Positions 49,612 to 63,369 of a DNA stretch of 64,000 nucleotides are shown one piece after another. The notes under the pieces are model-generated. The model was given only the letters and a program-made list of their open reading frames with translations. It ran no database searches and was not told the origin of the DNA. Both the position numbers and the translations under genes were made by a program. The DNA comes from Antechinus flavipes (Eukaryota). The stretch covers positions 627,254,001-627,318,000 of the forward strand of contig NC_067399.1 in NCBI RefSeq assembly GCF_016432865.1, given 5' to 3'. The stretch's first letter is position 1. Every line of letters starts with the position of its first letter.

Positions 49612-52600
49612 TCTGGCTTTTGGAAATCTGCAAGTAGAAAGCAAAGTAATATTTCATGTAGAAAGTCACATTGTTTCTGACTAAGTTGTCATAAACATCA
49701 AAAAATATTTTTACTAGATTTTTACTTTTATGTCCTCACTTTGGAATGCCTCTTTATATTATTCCTGGTGATTTATTTCTCTATGTCTCTGTTTCTGTCT
49801 CTGACTCTCTCTCACTCTTTGATGGTATATCTCTTACATGCTTTTATCAGTGACTCAGATGAAACTCATATACCATCTTTAGACAATTTCTAATAGTGTG
49901 AAGATGTGAGAGAGAGCTATTACATTGGATGATAGAATTTGTGTCTGAGAAGATCTAAGAAGATTAGGATGATGGGCTTAATTCAATAAGGCAACATTCA
50001 ATTAGAACAAATGTAAAGCCTTCTTTATTGAATTAAAAAAATCAGTTGCACAAATATGTGAATGTAGGAACTATTTTATTCTTTATGTTGATATCATCAA
50101 ATACCTAATAAAGTGACTGGAAAATAATAGGTAGATACTTAGGTAGCACAGTGGACAGAATTCCAGGCCTGAAGTCAAGAAGACTCATTTTCCTAAATTC
50201 AAATCTGGCCTCAGACTTATTAGCTGTGTGACCCTGGTCAAGCCACTTAACCCTATTTGCCTCAGTTTTCTCATCTATAAAATGAGTTGGTGAAGGAAAC
50301 AACAAACCTCTCCAGTATCCTTTCCAAGAAAACCTTAAATGGGATCATGAAGATTGGATATGACTGAAATGATTGACAATAACAAAAGCTTAATAAAACC
50401 TTATTGATTGAGAGATATGGAGGCATATAGTTTGGTGAAAGATCTTAGAATATAAATGGACTACAAAGCTAGCAGGGTAAGAGAAGCAAAAAGGCACTAA
50501 CATGAGTGGGAATAGAGTAGTGAGTTCCTTGTCACTGGGGCTACTATAGAAATAGTGATGGAGATGAACGCAACAGCTTTGAAACTTCAGTAGGCAGTAA
50601 CCTTTTCTGGCTTGTTTCTTCTTCTGAAAAATGAACAGGAGTAACTAGGTAATCTCTAAGGTCCTTTCTATCTCTAAGTCTAGCAGTTGAAACCATTCTG
50701 TCACCTTGGAGATGAAGAATATATCAGGGCACATATTCCCTCAAGGGAATAATCACCAGAAATGGGTTATAGAGAAGGATGCCATGAAGACTGCTAAGAA
50801 TCATTGGTTTGTGCCATTTAAGGAAGCTACCGATAAAGTAAGTCACTAGCTTTCTGAGCTTCAGTGTCCTGATTTGTTTTTAAGAAAAGAAAGCAAAAAA
50901 AAAAAAAAAAGAAAGAAAAGGAAAGCAAAAAAAAAAAAGGAAAATAGTTTCTATATCTTAGGATTATTGTGAAGAGCAAATGAGATCATTTAAATAAAAT
51001 GCTTTGGAAACATAAAAATGCTATGTCAATGATTATCCTTAATTTTATTTTTCTTTTTCCTAAACTCCCCCAATACCAAGTTTTTTGCAGCTACTACATA
51101 TTTTTGACTCCAAGTCAGTTTCTAGCAGCATCAAAGGGTACTGGACATAAAGATGAGGATCTAGATGCTTGACTGGGTTCTATTAGTTATTATTTCCTAG
51201 AGGGGAAGATATATGGGATAAGGTGAATTAATTTAGTTGTTTAGAGTGTGATGATTATAAGTCCAAAGTCACAAGGGCCAATTGATTTGAGGTGAAGCAG
51301 CATGGTTCAGTATTTAGAGTGCCAGGTCTGGAATCAGGGTATCTGCATTCAAATTCTGATTCTGTTACTTTCCATCTGAATGACTTTGGGCAAACTCAAG
51401 TTCACTTTTTTTAAGCTTCAGGTTCCCCCTCTGCAAAATGAGGAGTTGGATTAAATTAAATCTTTGTTTCCATCCATTTCTAAAGCTATGATCCCATGTG
51501 CTATATATATACCCATCATAATCCTTTTCCCTGACAAAGCAGATGAGGCAATGGGAAACTATCATCAAAAGAATCATTTTGAGTGATCAGAAGCATCAAA
51601 AATGAGGGGCTTTCTGAGTAGTGTTTTGGGTTTTCCTTTTAAATGAAAATTTCTGCTGGTTTCTTCTTCTACTTAATAACAAGAAGGTGGAAGTGTCTAT
51701 TTCATACTAATTCTGGGAAATGAGACTGTTGGCAGGATCCATATGGGTAAAACCTTATCATAACTGACACTGTTTGTTGTGTGCACTGTGTGACATGGAT
51801 CCCATGGTATTTGGTGTTGGTACAAACACAATGGCAAGTGTTTGTTAAGAAAACAGCAAACCCTAGCTTTCTGGTTGGCCAGATTGTTAATGAAATGGCA
51901 AGAAACTTAGTCAGGTGAGGATGGAGAATGTAGGCAATTCCTCTTCTGGAACAATCTGGGAGCTGAAAGGGAAAACCCCATAATGGTTGCCTAGACAAAC
52001 TTTGCACAGAAGGTTGTTTGTTCGCATTATAACCAGATTCTTTATTGAAAGTCTGAACATGGTAGTGAGAGGAAATATCAAAGAAAATCCCATTTTCCCA
52101 GGGAAGGAAAAAAAGAGGCAGCACAGCTAGTAATAAATAATGAGGAAGATGATAGCTAGGACATGTAGTATGATAAGGTATACAAACTGCTTTACATCTT
52201 ATCTCATTTGATCTTCATAATAATTTTGTGAGGTAGGTGCTATGCTCGTTTTACAGAGGAAGAAATTGAAGCTGAGGGAAACAATAAGTGACTTGACCAG
52301 AGTCATACAGCTATTAAGTGTTGGAGGCAGAATTTGAATTTAGGGATTCCTCAGTCCAATTAGAGCAATCTGTCCATTATAACTTCTCAAATTCAAGAAA
52401 TCAGCTTCATCATCTACAACCTGTTTTCCTCTCAGTTACTTTCTTTCTGCCGATGGTATGATCATTCACCCTCAGTGGAAATTGTTGGACCTGGAATAGA
52501 GAGACATGGGCTTCCTTTTTCCAACATGTATTAACTAGTCGAATAACCATATACAGCATGCTCACTATGAATCAGTGGTGTGACAACTTTGTTACATGGA

Positions 52601-55590
52601 TTGATCTGTGATCTCTTCAATGTAGTAATCTCTCTTCTATGCACATATTTTCATCAAAGTCACCAAGGATTAATTGCAATGGTCTCATCAAGTTAGTAGA
52701 ATGTGTTTGCTGCAGCTTATCTTATATGATACACGTTGATACATAAACTCAAATTATTGAAATTAATTACTTTGTAAATGTTTACTAAGATTATTACAAA
52801 TAAAATATCCAGCTACCCCATGAAATTATTTTTCATGTTGCCTATAGATATTCAATAAAATTGACTTCACAACTTTACAATTTGCTTTTCTAGACAAAAC
52901 CTGGTAACCATTGTTTTGGTTAGGGGTAACTATTTTTTATTTCTTACTTTCACTTATTTATAGCAAAGAGTCTTAGTCTGGCATCCATAGACTCTCAAGT
53001 AGGTAGATTTTAGGGGACAGTTGTGAACTTGGAATTTTTAATATTTTGAAAATTGCATTTCAATATCATTGGTTTTCTTTGTGATCTCTATTTGATTTTA
53101 TACTTTAAAAAATTATTCTGAGGAAATTATGATTTGGAAAAAGCTAAGAACTTCTGATTTGTTGTTCAGCTTTCAAGATTGACATGATTTCGATTTTTAA
53201 TCCACCAATTAAGAAGCATATATTAAATATTCACCATATGAGCACTATATTGACTGATTATTAATCAATAGACAAGGATCTTATCTAAGTTCATGTTTCT
53301 CTTTGTTGTTATTTTGTTGTTTTTCAGTCATGTCTGACTCTTTCATGACTCCATTGATTTCTTGGCAAAGATTCTAGAGTTGTTTGCCATTCCTTCTCTA
53401 GCTCATTTTATAGATGAGGAAACTGAGATGAATAAGGTTAAATGACTTGTCTAGGGCCACACAGCTAGTAAGTATGAGACTGGATTTGAACTCAGGAAGG
53501 TGAGAGTTCCTGATCCCAGATGAGTTTTCCTGACTTCAGTCCCAGCACTCTATCCACAGTGCCATTGAGTTGCTCATCATATTTCTAGATAATCATAAAA
53601 CTCTGGAATTCTTATTCCCTTTGCATCCCCTTTCTGTCACTTGGCCATTCTGACTCTCATTACTGTCATAGTAGTAAAAGGAGACTGCACTTCATTTATT
53701 ATGTATCATTTTCTGTTTTTCTTTATTTCAATGGTTATCACAAACAAAGAATTCATCACTAATTGGACACTAATGATCATAAGCCTATGTGTGCCTGATT
53801 TGCTAGACTGGACATTTGGAAAGCAGATAGCATCTGTTACTTATATGGCATAGTAAAACCTGTAGTTCCTTTTCCTTCTACTACTGTAGTCTTTGAAAAT
53901 TGAGGGCCGTCTTTACGCCCTAATGAAACACTTGAGGCTGGGCTTTGGAGAAGATGCTGGCGACTTAGTTCACCAAACTGCTTAATGCCATCTCAGACTG
54001 CGTCCAAAAGAAAGACTGTATTAGTCAAGTGTGAGTTGTTGCTATCATCAGCACTTATCCCTGAAAGAGCTCCAGAAAGCAGCCACATGAAGCCTTTTCA
54101 TCTCTTACTAAATGCAGGACTCAAAATGTCTTTTTTCATTTCTACTCAAAACATTTAAACAGCTTTAAACAAAGGGCTCCACTTTGTGATGAGCTAGTTT
54201 AGGGATGCAGTTTCCCACTTCTGCAGCTGCTTCCCTTAAAGGCCTCTAAGGGGCTAAGCTTTGAAGGGTTGTTCTCAATATTCATGACTCTCATTACTGG
54301 GGCCTTGGAGTTTTTCTTACCTGTCTAACCTGAGTTGTAAAAATGTCCTCAGCCTTCCAAGGTTCCAAATGGATGAATAAGTTATTTCTGACTGTGTTCT
54401 AGTTTAGGAGTGGGTTCATTGTTCTGGCTGGGACTGAGCAGGTCATTCCTTTGTTGTTTACTGGGAGAAAGGAGACCATTGATGCTGAACTGGTTGTACT
54501 TGGGATGATGGCTGAGTGGAAAATGAAGCCAGGTGGGTAAGGAAAGAGAAAGCCAAGACACTCCCACTATTCAAATGTCATTTCTTGTAGGACAGTATCA
54601 TTAATAAACTGGCACACATTACCAGGGGAACCCAAGGCAGCACATTGTCAGGGCTCCACCAGTGAACATAAACTATATGACTAACTATGTGGCCCTGAAC
54701 AAATAGATTCACCTCTGTGACACCATTTTCTTAAATGGAGATACAAATACTTGCTTTTAATACTTCATAGAATAGTTATAGGGATTATATAGTAAAAGTA
54801 CCTCACATTTATATATTAGTTAAGATTTTTAAACAATGAAAACTATTTTGTCTCATTTGATCTTAGCAATAGTCCTGTGAATTTGATATTCTTATTATCT
54901 GTAACAGGCACATGAGGACAATGAATGACTTGTGCAAGCTCACCTAGCTAGTAAGCATCTGAGGCTGTATTTGAACTACTGAAACTAGACACTTTGCTGT
55001 CTAATTATTTTTTTACTGCTAAGTGAAAAGAGCCTTAGACTGTGAGACACTTAAATTTTAGTTGGAAAAATTTGGGGAGTGGGAAGATTTGTAACTCATA
55101 ATTTCTATTTCTGCCACAATATTTGTGATTTCCTAGGTGAGACACTGCTGATAGCATCCTGGAGAAGGTCAGAGTTCATCCTATTTAACCCTATGGAAAC
55201 TTGTTTCAAAAAGCAGAAAGTGAAAATTTAGATTATTTAGAACTTCACAATGACCCCAATTTTTATAAAAAGGAAATTTTGCTTGAGGGTTCTATAGTTG
55301 CAGAGAAAAATTTGAAAATTACCATGTAGTTGAGCTCAGCTCTTGTAAATAGCCATTACTGCCTTCCATTCCAAACATAGCACTCTCAAGTTAAACAATC
55401 TGAATTGCAAAAAAAGAAAAGGTCTAGAGAAGAATTTGGAATGTGGGTCTGGAAGGATGTTTGGACCTTCTGTGAATTGTAAATGTCTAATTGTTAAAAG
55501 TTGAGCAGCTAAGATTGTGACAGAAATATATGGAAACCTATTCAGTAAGTGGGGGTGAGCAAGACATGATGATTATTTCTTTTGTTTATG

Positions 55591-55593
<3 letters not shown>

Positions 55594-55622
<29 letters not shown>
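55594..55622. repeat. (CA)n microsatellite
   Basis: Perfect CA run. Confidence 0.95.
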
Positions 55623-55629
<7 letters not shown>

Positions 55630-56778
55630 GGGAGGATATAGTGACAGCATGTGTGAATTCACTGTAATACGAACTTGACTTAATTAATGCAGGTAGCAAC
55701 TTCTTTTTTACTTACATCATACAGAGTTTCTTTGAGCACTTAGAGATTAAGTGACTTACTTAGAATCACCCAGTCAGTAAAAATCAGAGATAGCTCTTGA
55801 ATCCAGGTCTTCCTGACTCCAAGGTTAGCTCTCTATCCATTAGGCTGTGGCTGCTATCTTAAGCTGAATGAATGTAGAATCTTTTGGCTATGTTCCCACC
55901 TTCTTATTTCCAAAGTCATTATTTCAGTCTATATACTAAGCATACCTAATGATACTATTTTGGGGGGAGCAAATTAGAGTGAAGTGACTTGTCCAGGATC
56001 ACACATCTAGTATATGAGGCTTGATTTTTTTATGTACTCAGTTACTCTTGACTGCAGGGCTGGAGGCTCTATCTATTGTACTACATCGATGCCCCCTACT
56101 AAATAATACTTAATCATAATAATGTCAATACAAACAATACTATCCTACATTTATGGAGAATTTTATTGACAAAGTATTGATAAATACAAGGTAGCCAGCA
56201 TACATATTATCATCTGTTTAACAGAGAGGGAAACTGAGACCCAAGTAGAGTAACTTACCTGTATTAACAGAGCTAGTTAACTTTATTAACTAAGGCTTTG
56301 AAAGCCTTAGAAAGTGTTATAATGGGGCTTCGAAGACAAATTCTTTTGATTCCAAAAAGTAATTTTTCCCATTACAAGTTGGCTTTTTTTTGCATGCTGT
56401 TCTTCCCTTTAGAGAATTAGACATGGTCCCATGGGATCAGGGACAAGCCCTTATTTTTCTGGCTTTCTTTGGATCTTCAATAAGCATTTGATAGATTTTT
56501 GTTGGGATTGGGCTTCACATTGGTTTTAGAATAACATCTTGAAAGTTGAGGCTAGTTTCCCCTCTTTCTTTCTCTCTTTTCCAGTAGATCCCATTGCCCA
56601 CTTCCTCTTTCTTTCTGATATCCCTTCCCTTCTCCCTCTTTGCCAGTTATTGTCCCTCACATTCTTTAGATCTAGTCCTAATTCTCTTGCCAATATCCTC
56701 CCTTCTTCAACCCCATCCTCTTTTTTTGTTGGATCTTTGAAGCCTTTACTTTGTAACTGATAAATAATCATAGGCTAG

Positions 56779-56919
56779 GGGCAGCTGGGTGATACAATGA
56801 ACAGAGCATCAGCCCTGAAGTCAGGAGGACCTGAGTTCAAATCTGGTTTCAGACACTTAACACTCCCTAGCTGTGTGACCCTGGGCATGTCACTTAACGC
56901 CGATTGCCTCAGCAAAAAG
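56779..56919 (+). mobile_element. Young short CORE-SINE (WSINE1-like) with a 17-bp TSD
   Basis: AAATAATCATAGGCTAG (56762-56778) versus AAATAATCATAGGTTAG (56920-56936), one mismatch. Confidence 0.92.
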
Positions 56920-59657
56920 AAATAATCATAGGTTAGTCCTCTGACTTGTAACCCTTAAATTCAATTTTATGCACTGCATGTGTATATTTTTACTCTAACT
57001 AGAAGATAGGCTTTTAGAAGTTAGGAATTATAGCGTCTATATAATTCATATGCAAAAGTTAATCAATACATACGTCAGAAACTAACACCTCCCAACATAT
57101 TGAGCCAGCATGCTCTGCCTTGGGTAAATCACAGGATTATAACCCCTTGGAGAGTGTCAGGCCAAATTTTCTTAGTTTATAACTGAGGCCCACAGACTTG
57201 TCCATGGATGGCAACTGGGATGATGAGGAAAGTCAAAATGAGGTCATATAACGCTTAGCTGAAAGACTGTTGAAGGAAAGAAGACTTAGGAGGGTCTTCA
57301 AACTCTTCAACTTGGTATTTAATGACCTTCACAGGCTGCCTCCTGCTTTCTTTTCAGATTTATTATACATGATACCACTTGGTTCATTCTATATTCAGTA
57401 AAACTGGCCTGCCTGCTATATCAGCATCTGTCTCTGCTTTTGTACAGTGGCTCTCCTGATGCCTAAAACTTATTCTTGTCTTACCAACATCTCTTGGAAT
57501 CTCTTCAAGCCCCTTATCACACATCACCTTTTAGGAGAAACCTTTTCTGATTCCCTTAATTTCCAATTTCTGTTTTTCAAACAATCACTTTCACTTTTTT
57601 GGGGCAGTGAATGGAATGCCAGGCCTAGAGATAGGAAGACTTATTTTCATGAGTTCAAATCTTACCACTGACTAGCTCTATGACTCTGGGCAAATCATGT
57701 AATCCCGTTTGCCTCAGTTTCTTCATCTGTAAAATGAGCTGGAGAAGGAAATAGCAAACAAACACACTCCTGTAGCTTTGCCAAGAAAACTCCAAATGTG
57801 ATCAGATCCAAATGGAACCAGACAAGATTGAAAGAGTAAACAACAAGTTCACTTGTTAGTATTTCCCAGAGTAAGTTTTTTGAAGGCAGGGACTATTTAT
57901 TCTCCTTCATTTTGTCTTTTTGTCCAGTAGTGCCTTAAGCAGACACTTAATAAATTCTTATTGGATTGGATTAGGATGCTTTCATTAAGGACTAAATGTT
58001 ATTCAACCTTAAAGCCTGTTATTGAAACACAAATATCTTTAATCATCTATCAGTCTCACCTTTACTTTCCAAATATCTACTTAAGAGAGCTCCAGACAAA
58101 CAAATGCCCCTCTAGGATATCATGCTTTCAAATTTCAAATTCAAAGTTTCAGACTAAGCAGCTCCCTTCATCCTCAACTTTGAAGAATGAGCTCATAAAA
58201 CAGGGAGAGCAAAGACACTTTACCACTTATAGAACATTACCTTTTCCACTTGTGTCTGAGACTCCTTATGAAACAAGATCTTCAAGTGGTCCCTAGAATC
58301 ATGGAAACACAGAGAATTTTAGCTAAAAGAGATGTTGGGATCCTCTAGGCTGACCCTCTCATCTTGACAGGGACTGTTACCTTACACCTATATTGTACTA
58401 TATGATTTTCAAAGCCCTTTCCTAAATTTATTAATTTTGTTAGATACTTAAAACAGCCTATACAAAGAGATAGGAATTATTAGAACTAGAATCATTCTGT
58501 TAGATTATAATCTCTTTGGGAGCAGGGATTTTTTTTTTGTTTGTATCTTTAGTGCTTGGCACATAGTAGGCACTTTATAAATGCTAGATGACTGACTGAT
58601 AATCCCCATTAGACAAATGAGGAAACTAAGGTTCAGAAAACTTGTTTTGGTCAAATTGTTATGTTGAATGAAACCCTGATGATTATTAGGTTGGTGCTTA
58701 TCTATCTAACTCTTTCATTGAGAAAATTAGAGCCTAAATTAATTAAGTGATTTCTATAGTTACACAGCTTATAAACAGGAGAGCCACTATTTGAACCCAG
58801 GTCCTTTGCTGTTAAATTCAATGCGCTTTCCATTCATTAGGTAACCATATTACATCACTTCCCTTATTTGTATCTTATATTGACAGTGTAACACTCATCA
58901 CAGATGCATCCTTCAGAGCAGAGCATACTTTTAGAACCTATGGTAACAGGGTAATTCCATTGATGACTAGGGTACATATTTTAATGAGTTTGGATGTACA
59001 ATACAGTATATAGCCTGATTTCAGGGAGCTCTTGTTAACACTGAGGTCTCTAGGTGAGACAGATGGCTATCTGAGAATCATGGCACTTTTTGCTATGATT
59101 GATTATTCTATCATCACCAAAGCAAATAAAAAAATCAAGAACCTAGACGATAAATAGAGATCAGGAGTCTTCCTAGCCACTGGTATTGAGTGGTAAAGTA
59201 GATATAATATGCTGGTCTCCTGGATGGCTGGGATGGGGAGATGATTGTGGGATAGTTATTTTTGATAGAAAGGATCAGATGGAGGAGGAGGTATGAAGAG
59301 TGTGGATCCCTGGTTGTGCCTGGGTAACAGGTGAATTAGATAGAAAGAAAGAACCTTTGAAAGTAGTCATCAAATTCTAAGTATGGATTCTTGGAGCTAG
59401 TGCTATGTCAGGTATTCAGGGCAAGGATTCTAGCCCAAGTTAGGTGGGCAGCCTGTGGCACTACTGGAAAAAGAACAGGAGCCCTGGGTGCCAGTGTTGA
59501 GTGCCATAGAGTAATACTAGCAGGTGGCTCATGATGAATAACTGAGCAGATTTGGCTTTATATCTGAGCTGGCATTTCTGAGTCTCCAGAGAGAACCAAC
59601 AGTGCTCAAAGAGAAGCCAGTGGATTTAAAGCAGCAGAAAGTATCTAGGACTTGATT

Positions 59658-59661
<4 letters not shown>

Positions 59662-59704
<43 letters not shown>
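59662..59704. repeat. (TG)n microsatellite
   Basis: Perfect TG run. Confidence 0.97.
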
Positions 59705-59707
<3 letters not shown>

Positions 59708-59957
59708 CACAGAATTTCCAGATGAATTCCCTCCAAATCTGACACATTTGCAAATGTTTGCAGATAAAAGAATGGCACAAAAGACATTATCTACAGATAT
59801 CACAGGAGACTTGTTTGAAATCCAAATAAAGGTTTCTGTTAGGCAGATTTCTTTCTGAAACACCATACCACAGCTGTCTGGCTCATTTATTTTTTACTAG
59901 ATGTGTGTGGTTATGACATATTATGCAATCAACTTTTCCATATGTAAAGCTAAGAGA

Positions 59958-60286
59958 NNNNNNNNNNNNNNNNNNNNNNNNNNNNNNNNNNNNNNNNNNN
60001 NNNNNNNNNNNNNNNNNNNNNNNNNNNNNNNNNNNNNNNNNNNNNNNNNNNNNNNNNNNNNNNNNNNNNNNNNNNNNNNNNNNNNNNNNNNNNNNNNNNN
60101 NNNNNNNNNNNNNNNNNNNNNNNNNNNNNNNNNNNNNNNNNNNNNNNNNNNNNNNNNNNNNNNNNNNNNNNNNNNNNNNNNNNNNNNNNNNNNNNNNNNN
60201 NNNNNNNNNNNNNNNNNNNNNNNNNNNNNNNNNNNNNNNNNNNNNNNNNNNNNNNNNNNNNNNNNNNNNNNNNNNNNNNNNNNNNN
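59958..60286. other. Assembly gap (N run)
   Basis: 329 N. Confidence 1.
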
Positions 60287-61357
60287 TATTTATTTCTATA
60301 AAGTTGAGTCAAGTCAAATATAGGAAGCAGAGCAGGGTATTGGAAAAAGCACAGGACTAAAAGCAGAAAACCTTGGTTCTGTCCCCTTCTTAGCTACTAG
60401 TTAACTGTTTGGCCTTGGGCAAATTATTCTTTTTCAATAAGACGTGTAAAATGAGGAATTTGAACAACATGGTTTTAAATGCCCTTTTAATTTTGATATT
60501 CTTTGAGTCTGAGTCTAATGTTTTTAATGAGTTAAGTAGCTCCGTTGTCTAATGTGATGTTGTCCAGTTGCATTTGGCTGATTTTCTTTGCCCACCTCTT
60601 CCACTGGGACTTTCCCTTCAATTCTAAATTAACCTGTCCATGAAAAAATTCTGGAATTTACTTTACATATTCTTCCCCCAACTTACCTGGATTTGTTCTC
60701 CAGACATTAGGGATGCATTCAGAGGATTTCAGGGGAATCCAAAATTTGCTTGTCAACCTGTACTGGATCCCATTGAAAAAACAAAACAAAACAAAGTTAC
60801 CCAGCCAACTTGGAAATAATATCTATTTTTATTCACTTCTTAGCTTCCCAACCTACCTTCAGTGGAAGAAAGAAATCTAAGTGGGAAGAAAGTTTGTCCT
60901 TTAGTTAGGGGAGGGTGACACTGAGGGTGGAGTGTGTAGGGAGGTGTTGATCTAGGCTACCTTATGATCTCTTTCTTAAAGAGATAGCTTCTTATTAGTG
61001 AGCTTTAAGGTCTGAGGAGCTGTAAATAGGCTTACTTGAGTCTTGCTTGGGTACATTCCTTGTGATTTTCTGAGAAAACATATCTTTTTCTCCCTGCATT
61101 CCTCTATTTCTGTCTCTCTTCCTGTCTTTCTCCCTTCCTTCCTTTCTTTATCCCTCTGCCTCTCCCTACATTCCCCTCAATTTGAAGATGTGAATCAATA
61201 AAGAGAAAGTATGGGGGTTTAAGCATTCAGCCCTATAGTTTTCTGCATCTTGAATCAACAATGTGATTGTTGTTTTTCTCCCTCTTTTGGTTCTTTATCC
61301 TCCCATGGTTATTTCTCCTCTTCCTCCTCCTTTTCCTTGTCCCCCGTCTCTTCTTCT

Positions 61358-61549
61358 NNNNNNNNNNNNNNNNNNNNNNNNNNNNNNNNNNNNNNNNNNN
61401 NNNNNNNNNNNNNNNNNNNNNNNNNNNNNNNNNNNNNNNNNNNNNNNNNNNNNNNNNNNNNNNNNNNNNNNNNNNNNNNNNNNNNNNNNNNNNNNNNNNN
61501 NNNNNNNNNNNNNNNNNNNNNNNNNNNNNNNNNNNNNNNNNNNNNNNNN
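61358..61549. other. Assembly gap (N run)
   Basis: 192 N, flanked by a CT-rich tract. Confidence 1.
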
Positions 61550-62092
61550 GGAGAACTCCCATCACCCTCTTTTCCTGACTACTATTTTATTCTGCAATTC
61601 AGGAACTGTTTCAGTGAAACTAATTCAAGGTCAAATCCTGCTTCTGATGATTACTAGCTACAACTCTAGTTAATCACTTATTCTCTCTGTCAGTCTTACT
61701 TTCCCCATCTATAAAATGAGAGAGTGGCTTTGATGGGCACTAAGACTCTAGCTCTAAATTTATGATTTATGATTAGATAACATCTAAGCTCCTTTATAGT
61801 TCTAAATCTGTGATCCTATGGATCCTTTCTACTATAGCTGATGCAAAGTGTGAGGTTGTGTTGGGCGGCACAATGGAGATCACTTGACTTTGGATATTCT
61901 CGAGGGCCTCAATTCACTCTGTAGCATTAGACCCTTGTTTGCCAACCCGCAAGACTTTGGTAATGGATTAAATCGGACCATATTTCACCAGCAATATGGT
62001 TAAACTCAGACTTATAGTTTTTGCTCAGTTACACCCATCAATAAATGTGAAACCCTTAAAAATTGAGCCTCCCGTTCAAAGTTCTCCTATCT

Positions 62093-62693
62093 NNNNNNNN
62101 NNNNNNNNNNNNNNNNNNNNNNNNNNNNNNNNNNNNNNNNNNNNNNNNNNNNNNNNNNNNNNNNNNNNNNNNNNNNNNNNNNNNNNNNNNNNNNNNNNNN
62201 NNNNNNNNNNNNNNNNNNNNNNNNNNNNNNNNNNNNNNNNNNNNNNNNNNNNNNNNNNNNNNNNNNNNNNNNNNNNNNNNNNNNNNNNNNNNNNNNNNNN
62301 NNNNNNNNNNNNNNNNNNNNNNNNNNNNNNNNNNNNNNNNNNNNNNNNNNNNNNNNNNNNNNNNNNNNNNNNNNNNNNNNNNNNNNNNNNNNNNNNNNNN
62401 NNNNNNNNNNNNNNNNNNNNNNNNNNNNNNNNNNNNNNNNNNNNNNNNNNNNNNNNNNNNNNNNNNNNNNNNNNNNNNNNNNNNNNNNNNNNNNNNNNNN
62501 NNNNNNNNNNNNNNNNNNNNNNNNNNNNNNNNNNNNNNNNNNNNNNNNNNNNNNNNNNNNNNNNNNNNNNNNNNNNNNNNNNNNNNNNNNNNNNNNNNNN
62601 NNNNNNNNNNNNNNNNNNNNNNNNNNNNNNNNNNNNNNNNNNNNNNNNNNNNNNNNNNNNNNNNNNNNNNNNNNNNNNNNNNNNNNNNNNNNN
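62093..62693. other. Assembly gap (N run)
   Basis: 601 N. Confidence 1.
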
Positions 62694-63369
62694 TTATATC
62701 CTTCTCTCCCAGCTCAATAGTTCAGGACTTTGATGCTTGGTATTGATTGAAGTTATTCAGTGCTTTCCTCTTTCAATAGTTCTAACTCTGGAAAGTGTCC
62801 TGACCTGTTGGCTTGAGAGGAGAGCCATCCCACCCCTGAATAAATATAATTAAAACTTACACAAAGTAAACTACCTACTTCTGCCCCATGGGCAGAAAAT
62901 ATTGAAGAAATTAATGCTACAGCTGGAATATTTAGGGAAATTTCTAGTGACTATATGGCATAGGCATTTACAGGACTATTTATGATTTTGGCATAAACAT
63001 TACTGTTCATGTTTACATAGCATTTCATAATTTTCCAGCGGCTTTTATCCACAACATCCCTTTGAAATTCTAAGCACAAACATCCTTCACATCAAGGTAA
63101 TAGATGGTAGAACTAGTGCTTAAAGCCTGGGCAGAACCAGAAGTGGGTTGGAGTGTTTGTGGCTTTGTTCTAAGACATTGAAATGTAGAGGCTGCAAAGT
63201 ATAATTTTTATAATAACTCATGAATTTTCAAATCAATTGAATTTGTCTAAATTACTTTATAAATACATGAAGTAACACAGTCAAGAAGGCCTTGCCTTCA
63301 GGTCTTCCCTTTGACATATACTATGTGACTATAGGTAAATCACTTCATCTCTCATTGCCCTAGGCACCT

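Noticed and set aside
51702-52124. 140-aa minus-strand ORF in unique DNA
   Set aside because: No recognisable motif in any of the six frames and no coherent splice structure.
56526-56771. EEGRILARELGL...W...RR, echoing Ras-family or homeodomain motifs
   Set aside because: The purine-rich strand of a CT-rich tract yields E/K/R/G-rich text; flanking signature motifs (NKxD, WFQN) are absent.
61850-62000. Faint echoes of parvoviral NS1/Rep (LGG, GLNRTIFHQQ versus GNSTTFEHQQ)
   Set aside because: The motifs fall in different frames, Walker A/B are absent and intervening residues do not align; cannot be supported without a search.
59901-62746. Long ORFs in the supplied track
   Set aside because: Artefacts of translating through N gaps.
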